Source: Lingula anatina
Lineage: Eukaryota; Animalia; Brachiopoda
Assembly: GCA_051362555.1 (NCBI GenBank)
Contig: CM120644.1
Location: 11,430,567 to 11,494,566, forward strand
Length of the DNA stretch: 64,000 nucleotides
Direction: 5' to 3'
Part shown: positions 1-14,600 of the stretch, piece after piece
How the letters are laid out: each line of letters opens with the position of its first letter
How positions within the stretch are numbered: position 1 is the first letter of the stretch
Notes under the pieces: model-generated
The model's input: the letters and a program-made list of their open reading frames with translations, nothing else
What the model was told of the DNA's origin: nothing
Databases searched by the model: none
Program-made: the position numbers and the translations under genes

Positions 1-2249
1 AAATTAGACACTAGAGACAACTCGGCATCAGTTCATCAGATGAAGATTTTCATATTTTTGTATGCAATATAAAAAAATATTAGACTAAGTACAAACATTT
101 CTCACGGTACAGAACATTTAATCAGGCTTTCAGATAATATTGATAACATTTACTTCCTTTATAACCTAGCTGCACTGTATGTTGCTAAAAACATATGTTA
201 TCTTGTCAGTTTATAAATTTATAAATGAAATGTTATTTTTTTAATACAAACTATATTTAGCAATGTTCAGTCTGAGTAATGTTTTACTAATTTTCAAATT
301 TGTACTTTAATATATATGTGTATAGATTAATTTCTCAATCTTAACTATTTTCAATTTTTTTTTCAAAAACAAAAAGTTTACATGTACATAATATTGACCC
401 CCTTTTCAAAATTTCACTTTTAACTTAACTTTACACTTACAGATTACACTGAGTGAGATTATAATTATTCACCATCTTTATTGAAATGCTGTGGTCATCC
501 TTAATTGAACTTGATTTTAAAATTGATGTCACAATTGTTCAATTTTTAAAGGTTATTCAATTCTTAGCATCTCTTGAGGATTTTTTTAAATAGAACTGCT
601 AGGTTCTTTTTCATTTGTAGAAGCAGCAGTGCTATCTATCTACCTGCATTTTTATCAAACTATAAGGCACTTGCAGCTTAATTATACATGACACCTCAAA
701 AAGGCTGGTTTGACATGATAATAAGTTAGCCCGTTTAGATATATATTCATTAAACGTCTCTTTTTATACCCAGTTGGGACTAGGCCTAGGCCCAGTATCT
801 AGCTACCATTACAAAACTGTGGGAGTAGATAATATATCATGATACAAGACAAAGATATGTGAATATTCAATGCGCACAGTCTCTGTCAAGAATGCCTGCA
901 TGTGCACATGCATACAATGCGATGCATGTGCATGCATCCAGGCCTACGCACACTAATGCTGGTTCAGTATGTACTCTTGCACTCTTGTTGATAAGAAAGG
1001 CATGGAGAAGCCAGGGTTTAATACTGGATTATCAATTGTCTTCCTGTCACAATGACCACAGTGTCATCCTATTGACCTGTTTTGTAAGTGTCATTGATCC
1101 CTTCAACCTTTGAGTGATAAAAAGCTTTATGTAGTTTGCATTCAGTTACTAGTACTGAATTTATGATGAAACTCAATTAACCTTTAAATTTGAAAATAGA
1201 TTCTTCCTTATGTGATACAGACAATATTGCTAGTATTTAAATACATTTTCTCCTGTGCAGTTCCTCAATTCTACCTCAGAAAAATCATTTAAAAACTGCT
1301 TTATGACTTTTTCTGCAATTTTCTGTTCTGTTGTGGATTAAAGCTAACTTATTTAATGTAAATAGTTTAAATGCAACTCTAGTTTGGATAATAAAAATAA
1401 AGAAAAGTTATAACAGTAAATGTTGTAATTTAGAAAATAAATGATCAAAGTAATAATTTTTCAACAAAAATAATGTGGGAAAAGGGAGCCATAAACATAA
1501 GTGATTAAAATGACAAAATGTACTTTAAGGGCTGTGAAAAATATGTCCATTAAAAAAAACAAAAAAACATAGTGTCTACATGTTATCAGTCAATATCAAT
1601 AACCAGCACTGTTGTGATGATATAAGGGTGAACTGTTTAGATTGGGAGATAAAAAGAAGTGTTCTCACTTCCCAGTTGTGTAATAACTATCATGGTATTT
1701 GCAAGGCGACCCTTCAGGCAGCTAAAAGGCTGAACTTTCTGCACTAATAGGTAGTATAAAAATGGTGACATTGTCACAGGTAAAATTAAACTTAATGAGT
1801 GTGATGTACATGTACAAGGTTTTAATGAGGGTGTATACTAGTACTGTTAAATGAATTGTTTTACAATTCAAAAGATAGTTTGGCTAAGATAATCTATACC
1901 AAAAGACAATTTGAAGGCTCATAAGTCATTTACCCTTCGTTGTATAAACCAAGTGCATCTTTATCTAACTCAGAGTATTGCCATTATTAATACTGTGATC
2001 TTCACAGCATCAATTTTCTATCTATGTCATTAATAAAAACTGACTCATACAATAATTGCTACATTGTCAACTTACAAAAGTTGGACAGAATTTATTTAAG
2101 AACCCTTATTAAAAGATCAAGCCTAGTTGTTGTCTTTGCTGTAAGGAATAAATAAAAAGATGAACTGAAAAAGATGAACAATTATATCCTAATATCCTGT
2201 GCAACTTTGTTAATTCCCCATATATTTCTGGAATATATATTTTTTTCAG

Positions 2250-2711
2250 ATGAAGCAGCTGTATTTATTACTCATAGCAGTGTTGCCGCTGGCAGCAGCA
2301 AGCACCTTGTTCTTTGAATCCCACAAGACTAGCTTGCATGAAGGACACAATCAGCCGTGTCCACCAGAAACCAATGTGGGCTGTCCTTTGGGAACCACCT
2401 GCTGCCACCTAGTGACTGGGGATGCTGTTTGTTGTCAAGGAGAAAATGTACGTATTTTAGACAAATGGTGAAAATTATGCCACATCTGTCAATTCCATAA
2501 TAATTTGCGTTGTGTGTTCTAACTAGCCCCTTAAAACTGACCATTATATCTGACAAACAGTTTGTTTTGCCACTTGTCCCTTTCAGGCGGTCTGTTGTCC
2601 AAATTCCCTGCACTGTTGTCCAGCTGGTCATAAGTGTGATGAGGGTACAGGACTGTGTACAAGGGGAGACCCACACCTTACTGCAATGTGGACTGATATG
2701 TTCTTTGTAAG

Positions 2712-2770
<59 letters not shown>

Positions 2771-5700
2771 CTGGTCTTATTTCTGATATGTACACCTGTA
2801 CCCATGTTAGAGCTGACAAACTATTTGTAGCATTATTGCTTTATTTATTTTTTATTAAAGAGTGAAAGAAAAACAGGTTGATAGGTTTTTACAATATAAA
2901 ATTTACATAATCCTTAAATAAGTTGTATTTATTTGAGTTGAAACATTCATATTTTCCCTTTATCATTATAAGGCAGATGTCATGGTACAGATGCATCAAA
3001 TTGAAGCTTTTAGGATGGGATGATTTAAGTTTTGAAATATTTCAAAATAAATTAGTTAACTAAAAAAATATCTTAAGCTATTCCTTTTTCCCTCCCAGCC
3101 AAAAAAACAGTTTAAAGAAAAAATTCCTGCAAAAACAGAACCAGCTCCAAAGAGGGAGCCACCATCCAGACTGGACAAGATGATCTCATGTCCAGACCAG
3201 AAAGAGCAGTGCCCTGATAACAGCACCTGCTGTGCTGCCAAGGCAGGGGGATATGGATGCTGCCCTACTATCAATGTAAGACATCTATTAGGTTATCCTA
3301 TTTAATTAGATGGACCCTGTTTAATAAAACATATTTTTTAGACTTGGTAAGACTGCTAATTAGACATTGCTAAATTAAGATCATGACTAAAATTAAATTG
3401 CTTAATTAAGACTACTAAATTGATATGGCTAATTGATAAAGTAGATTAAAAAGGATAAGGTGGCTGAAGTGAGACTGTGAAACTTAGATCGCATTCACAA
3501 CGAGTTGAGCCAGGCTTTACAAATCCTGGGACTAAATATGGGACGTACATGAAAGAAAAACCACCTAATCTTTAATAGTCTCCCCGCCTCTCACACGCCT
3601 CCCCACGTGTCGTCCCAATGGAGCCGAGATTTAATGACTGTACCCCTGTAGGGACGATGCGTGGGGAGGCATGTGAGAGGCGGAGAGACTATTAAAAGAG
3701 TAGGCGTTTTTTTTTTTTTCATGTACGTCCGCCATACTTAGTCCCAGGATTTGTAAAGCCTGGCTCAACTCGATGTGAATGCAGTCTTAGATAATACCAT
3801 TTACAATGTTTCTGATCAAGCAGAGCTGGCCCACAGTAAATATAGAAAAACAATCCATTAATGTGTTTACCAATGTGAGCAACAGTTAGCCAGTGTTACA
3901 GAGCAAACAGAGGACAGCTTCTTCACATTTGTATTTTGCTAAACTGATCAATTTCATCAAGTTTACAGACCCGTAGCCAGCAATTTCAAAGGGGGGTTCT
4001 TTTTCTGGACCTTCCACCTTGAAATTTTAGTGTACCTAGTTCAAATTTTACCCAGAGCAGACCTTTTTTGAGCCAAAGGGACAGTTCCTTTGACAACCCC
4101 CATGCCCCCCCCCCACCCCCCACCCCCCCGAGGATGGGCCTGGTTCACCTCAGAAGTCATGGGTTTCTTTACCTTTTCATATACCCTTCTTTGGCACCTT
4201 AAAATCAGGATAAACAAATGCTCGGCAAGGTATATGTGGATGCTGAACATTTGTGACTTATGTTGGTTGTTACAGACGTTTCTCTTTCGTAAAAGAATTT
4301 CCTTGGTCTTTATTAAGATCTGGTTGCACGCACAGGGCACTTTTAGGTTGAGCGCAGCGAGAAGGGCGAGCCCTCCATCTATTTTTTACTCAAAGAATTG
4401 AAATCAAACTTCAACTTAGCCAAGGTAAGTCTCGTTTAATTTTTAAATTCTCCATATTTCTAGGCTGTGTGTTGTGCTGATAAGGTGTACTGCTGCCCCC
4501 CAGGGTACATGTGTGAAGGGGGTGGGGGCTGTGAGCTAAACGACACCCGTGCAGCCACCCTGGGGCTGGTCCACTTCAACAAGGCTCCTGGTCAGAAAAT
4601 CATGAAGACTAAAAAGCCTCCTCAGGTCCCTAATGCATCACTTATACTGAAGGAATCCAGCATTAGTCCAGAATCGATTACAGTCAGTGATGTCCAGTGT
4701 CCAGATGGTCGGACTGCCTGTCCATCGGGAAACACCTGCTGTAAACAAAGTACTGGAGATTATGGCTGCTGCCCGCAGCCAAAAGCTGTGTGCTGTAGTG
4801 ATGGAATACATTGCTGTCCACATGGTAAGTAGGTCACTGTGACCTAAAAACATATATATCTACTAAGCTATTAAGGTCAGTGTTGACCTAGAAACATCCT
4901 TGAAAAGAGGGACATTTTGAAGCCTTTGAAGCATAAAATGATGTATAAACCCCACGGGTCAGTTAAGTGAGGTACACTTTGTCTAGACCTTATGTTCTTG
5001 ACAACTGGCAAGAAATACATTTGAAATACAAAAGAGTGGGAAACATTAATGAAAAACTATAAAACCAATTAAGGTCAGACTGCTAATGAACTGCAATGAA
5101 TCTGGAAATGTAAACTGAAAATGTTGCATCAATAAAAAGACTGGGACTGGATGTCTTTTATTTTCTTTTACAGTTTTCACATCACCTGGTAATTGGCCCT
5201 TTTATAATCACCAGCCCTTACGAGAATCCTATAAGACTTTTTCATTAGGGAGAAAGAGCCTGTGTTCCCTTCTGCCCCCTTTTTTTAATTACTGGGGGCT
5301 GCATTTGGGGACCCAAAAGAAACATGTTTTACAGAATGATATTTTTTGACCAACAGAGGCTTAAATGGAATAAATTTATGTGACTAAAATATTAGAGACT
5401 GTTGCCTTGGTCACGTGTTTGGGGTTTTTTTTTCCTAGCTTTTGAAATGGCCTTCTCTTATTGCAGGTTATACATGTGATGTCAGTGCAGGCACATGCCA
5501 TAGTCAAAATTCTGCCGTTTCTTGGTTTACAAAAACTGCTGCAAAGATGCTCTCAGAAAATGTGGGGATTGTGATATGTCCAGATGGTCAGTCTCAATGT
5601 CCATCAGGAAACACTTGTTGTAAACTTGCCAGTGGACATTATGGCTGCTGTCCACAGCCAAATGCTGTCTGTTGTAGTGATGGGGTTCATTGCTGTCCAC

Positions 5701-8700
5701 ATGGTAAGTAGGTCACTGTGACCTAAGAAAAATTTGGTAAGAAAAAGGATCAGTTTGCTACCTTGGAAGTATGTAATAGAAACGCCATGGTTCACTGTCA
5801 TGAATGTAATGATTTTTGTTTTACAATTTTCACCTTCATGTTTTGTGGACACACAGAGGCTTAAATGGAAAATATTTCAGTGACTGAAATATTAGAGATT
5901 GTTGCTTTGGCCATATGGGAAAGATTTTCCTAACTTGAAAAAACTACTTCTTGTGTAGCTACCAAAAAAATATATAAGTATGTCATGAAAAATGCCATAG
6001 GGTCATACAGTAAATGACTCCACATGATAGGAATATGTTGCAAAAAATGCCGTTGGAATTAGGGTTAAGCAGTTGTCTCAACTCACACATTTCCCCGTTG
6101 GTGGAGGTAATTGCTGGACCACTTCACTGGATGTCACTCAAATAATAGCTTCACTCACCAGGGTAAGATCATTTTTGATCTTCAAGGCAGAGTCAGACCA
6201 TGGTAAGATCATTTCTGTTGTGATTAAGACCATGTAAAATCCTGTGATTGTGATCAAAAATTGTATGGAAATTCCCTTCTCTTATTGCAGGTTATACATG
6301 TGATGTCAGTGCAGGAACGTGCCATAGGCAAAATTCTGTCATGTCTTGGTTTACAAAAACTTCGGCAAAGATGCTCTCAGAAAATGTGGGGTCAGTGGTG
6401 TGTCCAGATGGTCAGTCTGAATGTCCAGATGGGAACACCTGCTGTAAACTAGCCAGTGGTCAATATGGCTGCTGTCCAGTGCCAAATGCTGCCTGTTGTA
6501 GCGATGGAGTTCATTGCTGTCCACATGGTTAGTAGGTCACTGTGACCTAGATGTCTATTTTTTTGTTTTTGAACCAAAGGAATAGAAGTAGAAAAAGCAC
6601 TGTAAGATAAATAGGTCATTCAAGTTGACAATGACAGGTAGATTAACAGAGGGAATGCATATGTTTAAAATTACATGGCAAGAATATCATTAGCTTATGT
6701 AAATATTGAACACATAATGAGAGACATTTGTACTGTATTGAGTGGCATCCAAAGCAAATTTTCAATGATTTGCCCAGTTTATTTGTATATTTAATTTTCT
6801 GAATGTGACTATTTCAGGCTATACTTGTCAGACAGGTTCTGGACAATGTGTGCGTGAGACTAAAGCCATTTCAGTGATAACAATTAAAGCAGTGCTTGTG
6901 GACAACAATGTAGGATCAGTGGTATGTCCAGATGGGCGGTCTCAATGTCCAGATGGGAACACATGCTGTAAACTAGCCAGTGGTCAATATGGCTGCTGTC
7001 CAGTGCCAAATGCTGCCTGCTGTAGTGATGGAGTTCATTGCTGTCCACATGGTTAGTAGGTCACTGTGACCTAGATGTCTATTTTTTTGTTTTTGAACCA
7101 AAGGAATAGAAGTAGAAAAAGCACTGTAAGATAAATAGTTCATTCAAGTTGACAATGACAGGTAGATTAACAGAGGGAATGCATGTGTTTAAAATTACAT
7201 GGCAGGAATTTCATAAGCTAGTGTAAAGATTGAACACACAATGAGAGGCATTTGTACCATATTGAGTGGCATCCAAAGCAAATTTTCAATGATTTGCCCA
7301 GTTTATTTGTATATTTAATTTTCTGAATGTGACTATTTCAGGCTATACTTGTCAGACAGGTTCTGGACAATGTGTGCGTGAGACTAAAGCCATTTCATTG
7401 ATAACAGATAAAGCAGTGCTTGTGGACAACAATGTAGGATCAGTGGTATGTCCAGATGGGCGGTCTCAATGTCCAGATGGGAACACATGCTGTAAACTAG
7501 CCAGTGGTCAATATGGCTGCTGTCCAGTGCCAAATGCTGCCTGTTGTAGTGATGGGGTTCATTGCTGTCCAAATGGTAAGTAGGTAATTGTGACATCAAA
7601 ATGCTGTTCCTTCCAAAGTAAGCCAATGTGACCCAAAAATATATTGAATCCCAGTTTAGTGTAAGTTTCAAGTAAATTGTGGTCAAACTGCAAAAAATAC
7701 AATACAAGGTTTTGCTTGCAGGATACAAGTGTGATGTCAGTTCAGGAAATTGTGAGCACCAATACTCAGCCATTCCATGGCTAACGAAGACTACAGCCTT
7801 GTCAGTGGGAAATGTTAGAAGTACAGTGCTATGTCCAGACAGCCAGTCTCAGTGTCCAGACGGTAACACCTGCTGTAAACTGGCCAGTGGTGAATATGGT
7901 TGTTGCCCAATACCACATGCCGTCTGCTGTAGAGATGGTGTGCATTGTTGTCCACAGGGTGAGATATCTGACCTAGATTGTTCAGAAGTAGGCTATTTTG
8001 AGCTATATTTTTCAATAGTAGGTCAGTCTGGCCTAGATTTTTCTGAAGTGGTTTAGGTTTAGATCTTGTTGCAGATTGAAATTAACATCACCTGTGAGAT
8101 GGCTAGAAACACTTGGTTTCTCATCTGTAATTCAAAGAATCACATTCAGAAAAAGAATGGATGGGTAGCATCTGTACATGTTATTTGGAATCTTTTATTC
8201 CATAGAGTCAAAATTATATACTAACCTTTTTTCTTTAGAATTTGTTGGCAAAATATATTGAAATGACCACGTTAGATATCACTCAGGTGTTCCAAAAGAG
8301 TTTTTATCATAAATCAAAATTTATATATATGTTATCCATTAATTTGATATAAAATAGGAGGCGGTATACTTTTCTCCCAATTTGAAAAGTAAATCATTTT
8401 GGGTAAAAAACACCAAAATTCAGACTAATTTTATTGTTACTTTTTTACCTGTATGTGTAACTATTTTTAGTTGTTTTTCTCTTCAGGACAAATATGTCAG
8501 GAACCCTCTGGGAAGTGTGTTACTCCAAATTCTGAAACTCCCTTGCTTACTTCAGTTCCAGCCACATTTGTCAGTCTGAAATTACAGTCTGTCTTATGTC
8601 CTGATGGCATATCAGAATGTCCAAATGGGAACACCTGTTGTAAACTAGCCAGTGGTCAATATGGCTGCTGTCCACAGCCAAATGCTGTCTGTTGTAGTGA

Positions 8701-11645
8701 TGGAATACATTGCTGTCCACATGGTAAGTAGGTCAGGGTGGCCTATAATTTTTTCCTGGCCATGTGATTATTTTTGGTATTTGATAATAAGATAATTTGT
8801 TTGTTTTTTTTTGGATATTTAATTAGTTATGCATCATTTTAATTTGGGAAACAACTTGAAATTTCAATGTTGAGATGCATAAACTTATTTTCATGCTAGT
8901 AAAAAAGAAACTAAGAACATTGTTCATCAATGCTGCTGATGGTAAGAGGCATTGAATACTACATTATTTATGCATCATAACATTTGAATAATACTATGGA
9001 AATTGATATTGGTTGCTGTGACTAAATTTAGTACAAAATGTCAAAGATCATTTCAATGTTTTAGAATGTAAAATGTGATGTTTAAAAGGCAAAAATATCA
9101 AATCTCACACTGGACACTTGGATTTGCTAGATGGAGTCTCTGCTTAACATCTACCAGATCTATGTAAGTGTCTATTAGGAGATTAAATATTTTTGCCTTT
9201 TGATTATTTAGATATATTTAAAAATGAATCTGTTTACAATAGGAACAAAGTGTGATTTGACGGCTGGAACATGCCATAATGGAGAGCAGAGAGTCTCCTG
9301 GTTTGTTAAGACAATGGCAAGGCCAAATGCACAGAATGTTGGGTCAGTGATGTGTCCAGATGGTCAGTCCCAATGCCCAAATGGGAACACTTGCTGTAAA
9401 CTGACCAGTGGCCAATATGGCTGCTGTCCAGTGCCAAATGCCGCCTGTTGTAGTGATGGGATTCATTGCTGTCCAAATGGTATGTACGTAGGTCAATGTG
9501 ACAAAGATTTCCAAGGTTTCAACTAAAGAAATAGTATAAAGAACTGCTAGATAAATAGTTCATTCAAGCTGACAATGTTATTCATAATGCCAAATTACTG
9601 TATACCGTCGGTACCTTGTGAGAGACGCTTGGACCATATTGAATGTTATCCAAAGCTTATTATGGCTTTCCTTGTTCATTTGTACATTTATTTTTCTGAA
9701 TGTGACTATTTCAGGCTATACTTGTCAGACAGGTTCTGGACAATGTGTGCGTGAAAATGCAGCCATTTCAGTGATAACAGATAAAGCTGTGCTTGTGGAT
9801 AACAATGTGGGGTCAGTGATATGTCCAGATGGTCAGTCTCAATGTCCAGATGGAAACACCTGCTGTAAACTAGCCAGTGGTCAATATGGCTGTTGTCCAC
9901 AGCCAAATGCTGTCTGTTGTAGTGATGGACTTCATTGTTGTCCAAATGGTAAGTAGGTCACTGTGACCTAGATTTCCAAGGTTTTAACCAAAGAAATAGT
10001 ATAAAGAACTGCTAGAAAAATAGACCATTCAAGCTGACAATCACAGGTTGATTAACAGAGGCAATGCGTGTGTTTTAGATTACATGGCAGGAATATAATT
10101 TGCTAATAGTTAATCTTACAGTGTGTTGTATATAGTTACATGATTTTCTTTCTGAATGTGATTATTTCAGGTTACACTTGTCAGACAAGTACTGGGGAAT
10201 GTGTTAATGGGCCAGTGATATGTCCAGATGGACAGTCTCAATGTCCAAATGGAAACACCTGCTGTAAACTAGCCAATGGTCAATATGGCTGCTGCCCACA
10301 GCCAAATGCTGTCTGCTGTAGTGATGGGAAACATTGCTGTCCACATGGTAAATAGGTCAAGGTGGCCTAGTATGCCTTTGATGTTAGCGGAGTTATTATT
10401 ATACATTAGTTCATTCAATCTGTCAGTGCCACAGTGAGAGTGGATGTGTTTCTGCAGCTTTATAAAAATGTAATGAAAATAATATAATGAGCTATGGTTA
10501 ATATTATACAAATGTAATATCAGATTTACTGTACACATCATTGGGAACACCTGGACTATGTTGAGTGTCATCCACAGCAAGTTATGGTTTTCCTCGTTTC
10601 TTTGCTTTTCTTAATGATTCTGCCTCTTTCAGGTTATACTTGCCAGGTCAGTACTGGGGATTGTGTTAGACAGAATACAGCAATGTCTGTTATGAAAAGG
10701 TCACTTAAAATTGCTCTCAAACCATCTGGAATGACCAATAACATCTGTCCAGATGGTGGGAGCTGTCCTAACGACAACACCTGCTGTCTGCTAGCCACAG
10801 GCCGTTATGGCTGCTGCCCTTTACCGGAGGCCGTCTGCTGCAGCGATCATATCCACTGCTGTCCTGAGGGTAAGTAGGTCATTGTGACCTAGAAATATCT
10901 TGTTATCCACAGTGTAAGTAGGTCATTATGACCCAGAAATATATTTTTGTCCATATTGCAAATTAGTCATTGAGACCTAGAATCATCTTCTTTTCCACAG
11001 TGTAAGTAGATCATTGTAACCCTGAAATATCTTGTTATCCATAGGGGAAGTAGGTCACTGTGACCAAGAAATGTTTTTGCCTACATTAGAAGTGGTTCAT
11101 TGTGACCCAAGGAGCTTAATCAGTTGTTGATTTTGCTGGTTATTCCAATTCCTAGGATACACATGCGACCTCAGAACAGGCACCTGCAGTTTTGGCAGTG
11201 ACCGTATGAGCTGGTTCACCAAAACTCCTGCAATCGTAATGGGAGATAATATAAGTCCAAATAAACTTCTTGGATCTGTAAACCCCTCAATAACGAAGGA
11301 CATTGTCTCCAAAGATTTGGATGGTGGAGTCACAGTTGGGAAGGCCTGTCCTGGAGGGACCCAGCAGTGCGACTCCTACCAGACATGTTGTAAAATGATG
11401 GATGGTCAGTATGGCTGCTGTCCAGTCCCCAATGCTGTCTGCTGTAGTGACCACCAGCATTGCTGCCCAGAAGGTTTGTCCTGGGTTATGTACTTGGGGT
11501 GGGGTGGGGTGGGGTGGGGCAGAGGGGGAAGGGGGAGTTGGTGGTGGGGTATAGGGTATTACTGGTTCAAGGATGGGAGAGGGATATTTTTGCATGCAGC
11601 AGTAAATTATTAAGGAATAACTGTACCAGTGCCCCTTCCTTCTCT

Positions 11646-11699
<54 letters not shown>

Positions 11700-14600
11700 G
11701 GGGGGGGACATTTGTATGCAGAAATGATTTTATTGGAGCCAGAAAAGTTGTATGTTTCTGTCTTAGTGATAACTTAATATTGTGGTCAGATTGTTGTTTG
11801 TGGTTGATGCCCAGAAGAAAGTATTATAATTAAAATGCAGAATCTAGAGAAATAGATCACTGGAATGAATGAAGTGTATTACTGCAACCAGAGACACTTT
11901 TGATGATAATATATATATATATATATATAATCATTCCAGGCACCACCTGTGACGTAAGCAGACAGCGTTGTGTCCGAGGAGCTGTCAGTATCCCGTGGCT
12001 CCCTAAACTAGCTGCCAAGCCAATCCAGCCAAGTCCAGTGGGTTCTGTGGTCTGTCCAGACGGACGGTCAATGTGTCCTAGTGGCAACACCTGTTGCAGG
12101 CATGGTAGTGGCTATGGCTGCTGTCCTATGTCACATGCCGTCTGCTGTAGTGATGGCCGCCACTGCTGTCCAAGTGGTAGGTAGAAGCACTGCTAGCGCT
12201 GTAGAAAAAAAGGAAATAATAGCCCTTTGATGATTTGGTGATGGGTATATTTGTGGTTTGTATATGAATGATAGATTTGGCCAATATTTTGCATTATTTA
12301 AAGCCAAATTGGGACTAGTTTAGCAATTGTCCTGAGATGTTAACCTGGCTGACTTTTACTAGCCCAGCTGATTTTTTTTTTGTAACATATTTCATATCTC
12401 TTAAAATGGAGAGGAGATCATAAAGGCTCATGCATAAGTTTGTAAAATATGAACTTTCTTATTCTTATCAAAGGCTGTGAGGAAATGCAAGGCACTGGTA
12501 TTACCTTCAGTAGTTCTGCAGGTGCCGGACATGTTCATCAGGGAGCAACTGATTAGTGTACAGTGATCCTACCTTGAAAACCAGCTCATTTGTCCCTTGG
12601 ATAGATATGAAGCCTCTAGAAGCTGCCAATACAGTGTTTGTTTTCCAGTAACCAGGTTTTGTTTTCCTTTTCAGGAGAAAAATGTGACCTTACACACGGA
12701 CTTTGCACCAGACGTGGCATCCTGAGCCTGTTGTTCCGTAACACCCCCTCTAGTGTGACAAGTATGTCTACATCCATGCTAGAGGTTGACCATGACAGGC
12801 CTGTGCCAGTTCAGGACAGTGAGCCTGACATAACCTGTGATGACCAGTCTGTGTGTCCATCTAGGAGCACCTGTTGCAAGCTGACCAGTGGTCAGTATGG
12901 TTGCTGTCCGTTGCCTGAAGCAGTGTGTTGTAAAGATGGCACTCACTGCTGTCCACAAGGTAAAGAAGCCAGGGTCGTGTTTCACAAAGTAGATTTTAGT
13001 CTTTTGTGGCTTTGGAAAATATAGATGTGTAAAGGCCTTGGCTAAGACTGCTAAAGCGATCACAGTCGACTAAGAGCGTATTCCCAGACATTTAGATCAA
13101 TCTATCCCCGTGGGGAGTCTCACTAGATTACTGTCAGATAATCCGGCTTAAATGTCTGTCCCGCCTACTACAAGCTGTAAGGGGGTAATTAACTTTCATG
13201 CCCGCTCGTCTGACAGCTATTTAGCGTGAACCCCCAGGGAGTTAGGTCGATGTAGTTTGGATCGATCTAATCTCTGGGAATGAGGTCTAAGATGCCTACC
13301 ACAAATAACAGAAAGATGCACCAACCATGTTTTCAGTGTTGAAACTAAGTCACTAAGACCAATTTCATATTGTCTTGATACTTATTCTATTAGCTCAATA
13401 GGAAATCTAAGAATATTTATTGATATCTTATTTTTCTGAAAGCAGAATAGAATTTGACATCATTTAATGGTAAATTTGCAATGAAAGACTTATTTTATCA
13501 TTTTCCATGCCATATTTTTCATTAAGCATGATGGTTTATGAAAACCAATCAGAAAATCACTAAAATTATGAATATGTTCAACCAAAGCTGACCTTTAGGA
13601 AAAAACCCTGCAAAATATGAAATTATTCAGCTTTTACTAAGCTGTTCAGCATGTCTGTAGTAATGATTATAAGAACTATAACTCTTTCTATTATTAATTT
13701 ATTAATAATTCTGTTTTTTTGTATGAATAATTTGGAATTTTTTTTTCACTTTAGGAACTGAGTGTAATACCAAAACTGAACAATGTGGGGCCAAGGACAT
13801 CCAATTTCCCTGGCTGAAAAAAATGCCCGCCACACAGCCAGTACATCGAAAAAATAACATTTGTCCTGGTGGCAAGTCAGAGTGCCCAGGTGGAGCCACT
13901 TGTTGTAAGCTGGCGTCTGGAAGCTATGGGTGCTGTCCACTGCCACGCGTAGGTCTAACTTTTTCTTTTATGAAGTTCTACTTAGATTTTTTGAAGGCAA
14001 AAGGAATTGCTGACTTCCTAATCTATGCTTTAAACTTGCTACTTATTTTTATCACATATTCTTCGTGCCTGGTTGCTTTATCTTTGTTACTTCTGTCAAG
14101 GAGGCTAATGCTTTAGTTGAAAAGTTTTGTACTGATAAAATTTTCAGGATAGGTCAGAAATTGCCTACTAATTTAGAACTGATCAGTTGAGCTTCCTTGG
14201 TGGTGGTCTGCTTTTTCTGAGTGCCTTCCCAGTCTTGATATGCTTTTGCTGTGAATGCTTGCTGTTATCACTGAAATCCTTCCTGCTTGCTTGCTTGCTT
14301 GCTTGCTTTCTTGCTTCATCCTTGTTTTATACCGAGCAACTTTTCATCAGGCTGTATGCTGCTCGGACCACAAGCACTGCTGCCCCCCAGGAAGTGCTTG
14401 CAATGTGCAGAAACAAAAATGTCAGCGGAAATCTGGAGCCAGTTTGCCCATGCTCAGGAAGATGCCTGCCCTCTCAAGAACCATTGTTGGGAAGACAGAG
14501 CCACCTGAGCAGACGGAACTTTTGACAGAGGTCATTTGTCCCGGTGGTGAGGCGGAGTGTCCTTCTGGAAACACGTGTTGTAAGATGGCCAGCGGTCTGT

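Noticed and set aside
859-1113. Short ORFs in AT-rich intronic or intergenic DNA (also 4041-4401, 17823-19050, 38472-40351)
   Set aside because: No domain features or splice support; several derive from microsatellites or MITEs.
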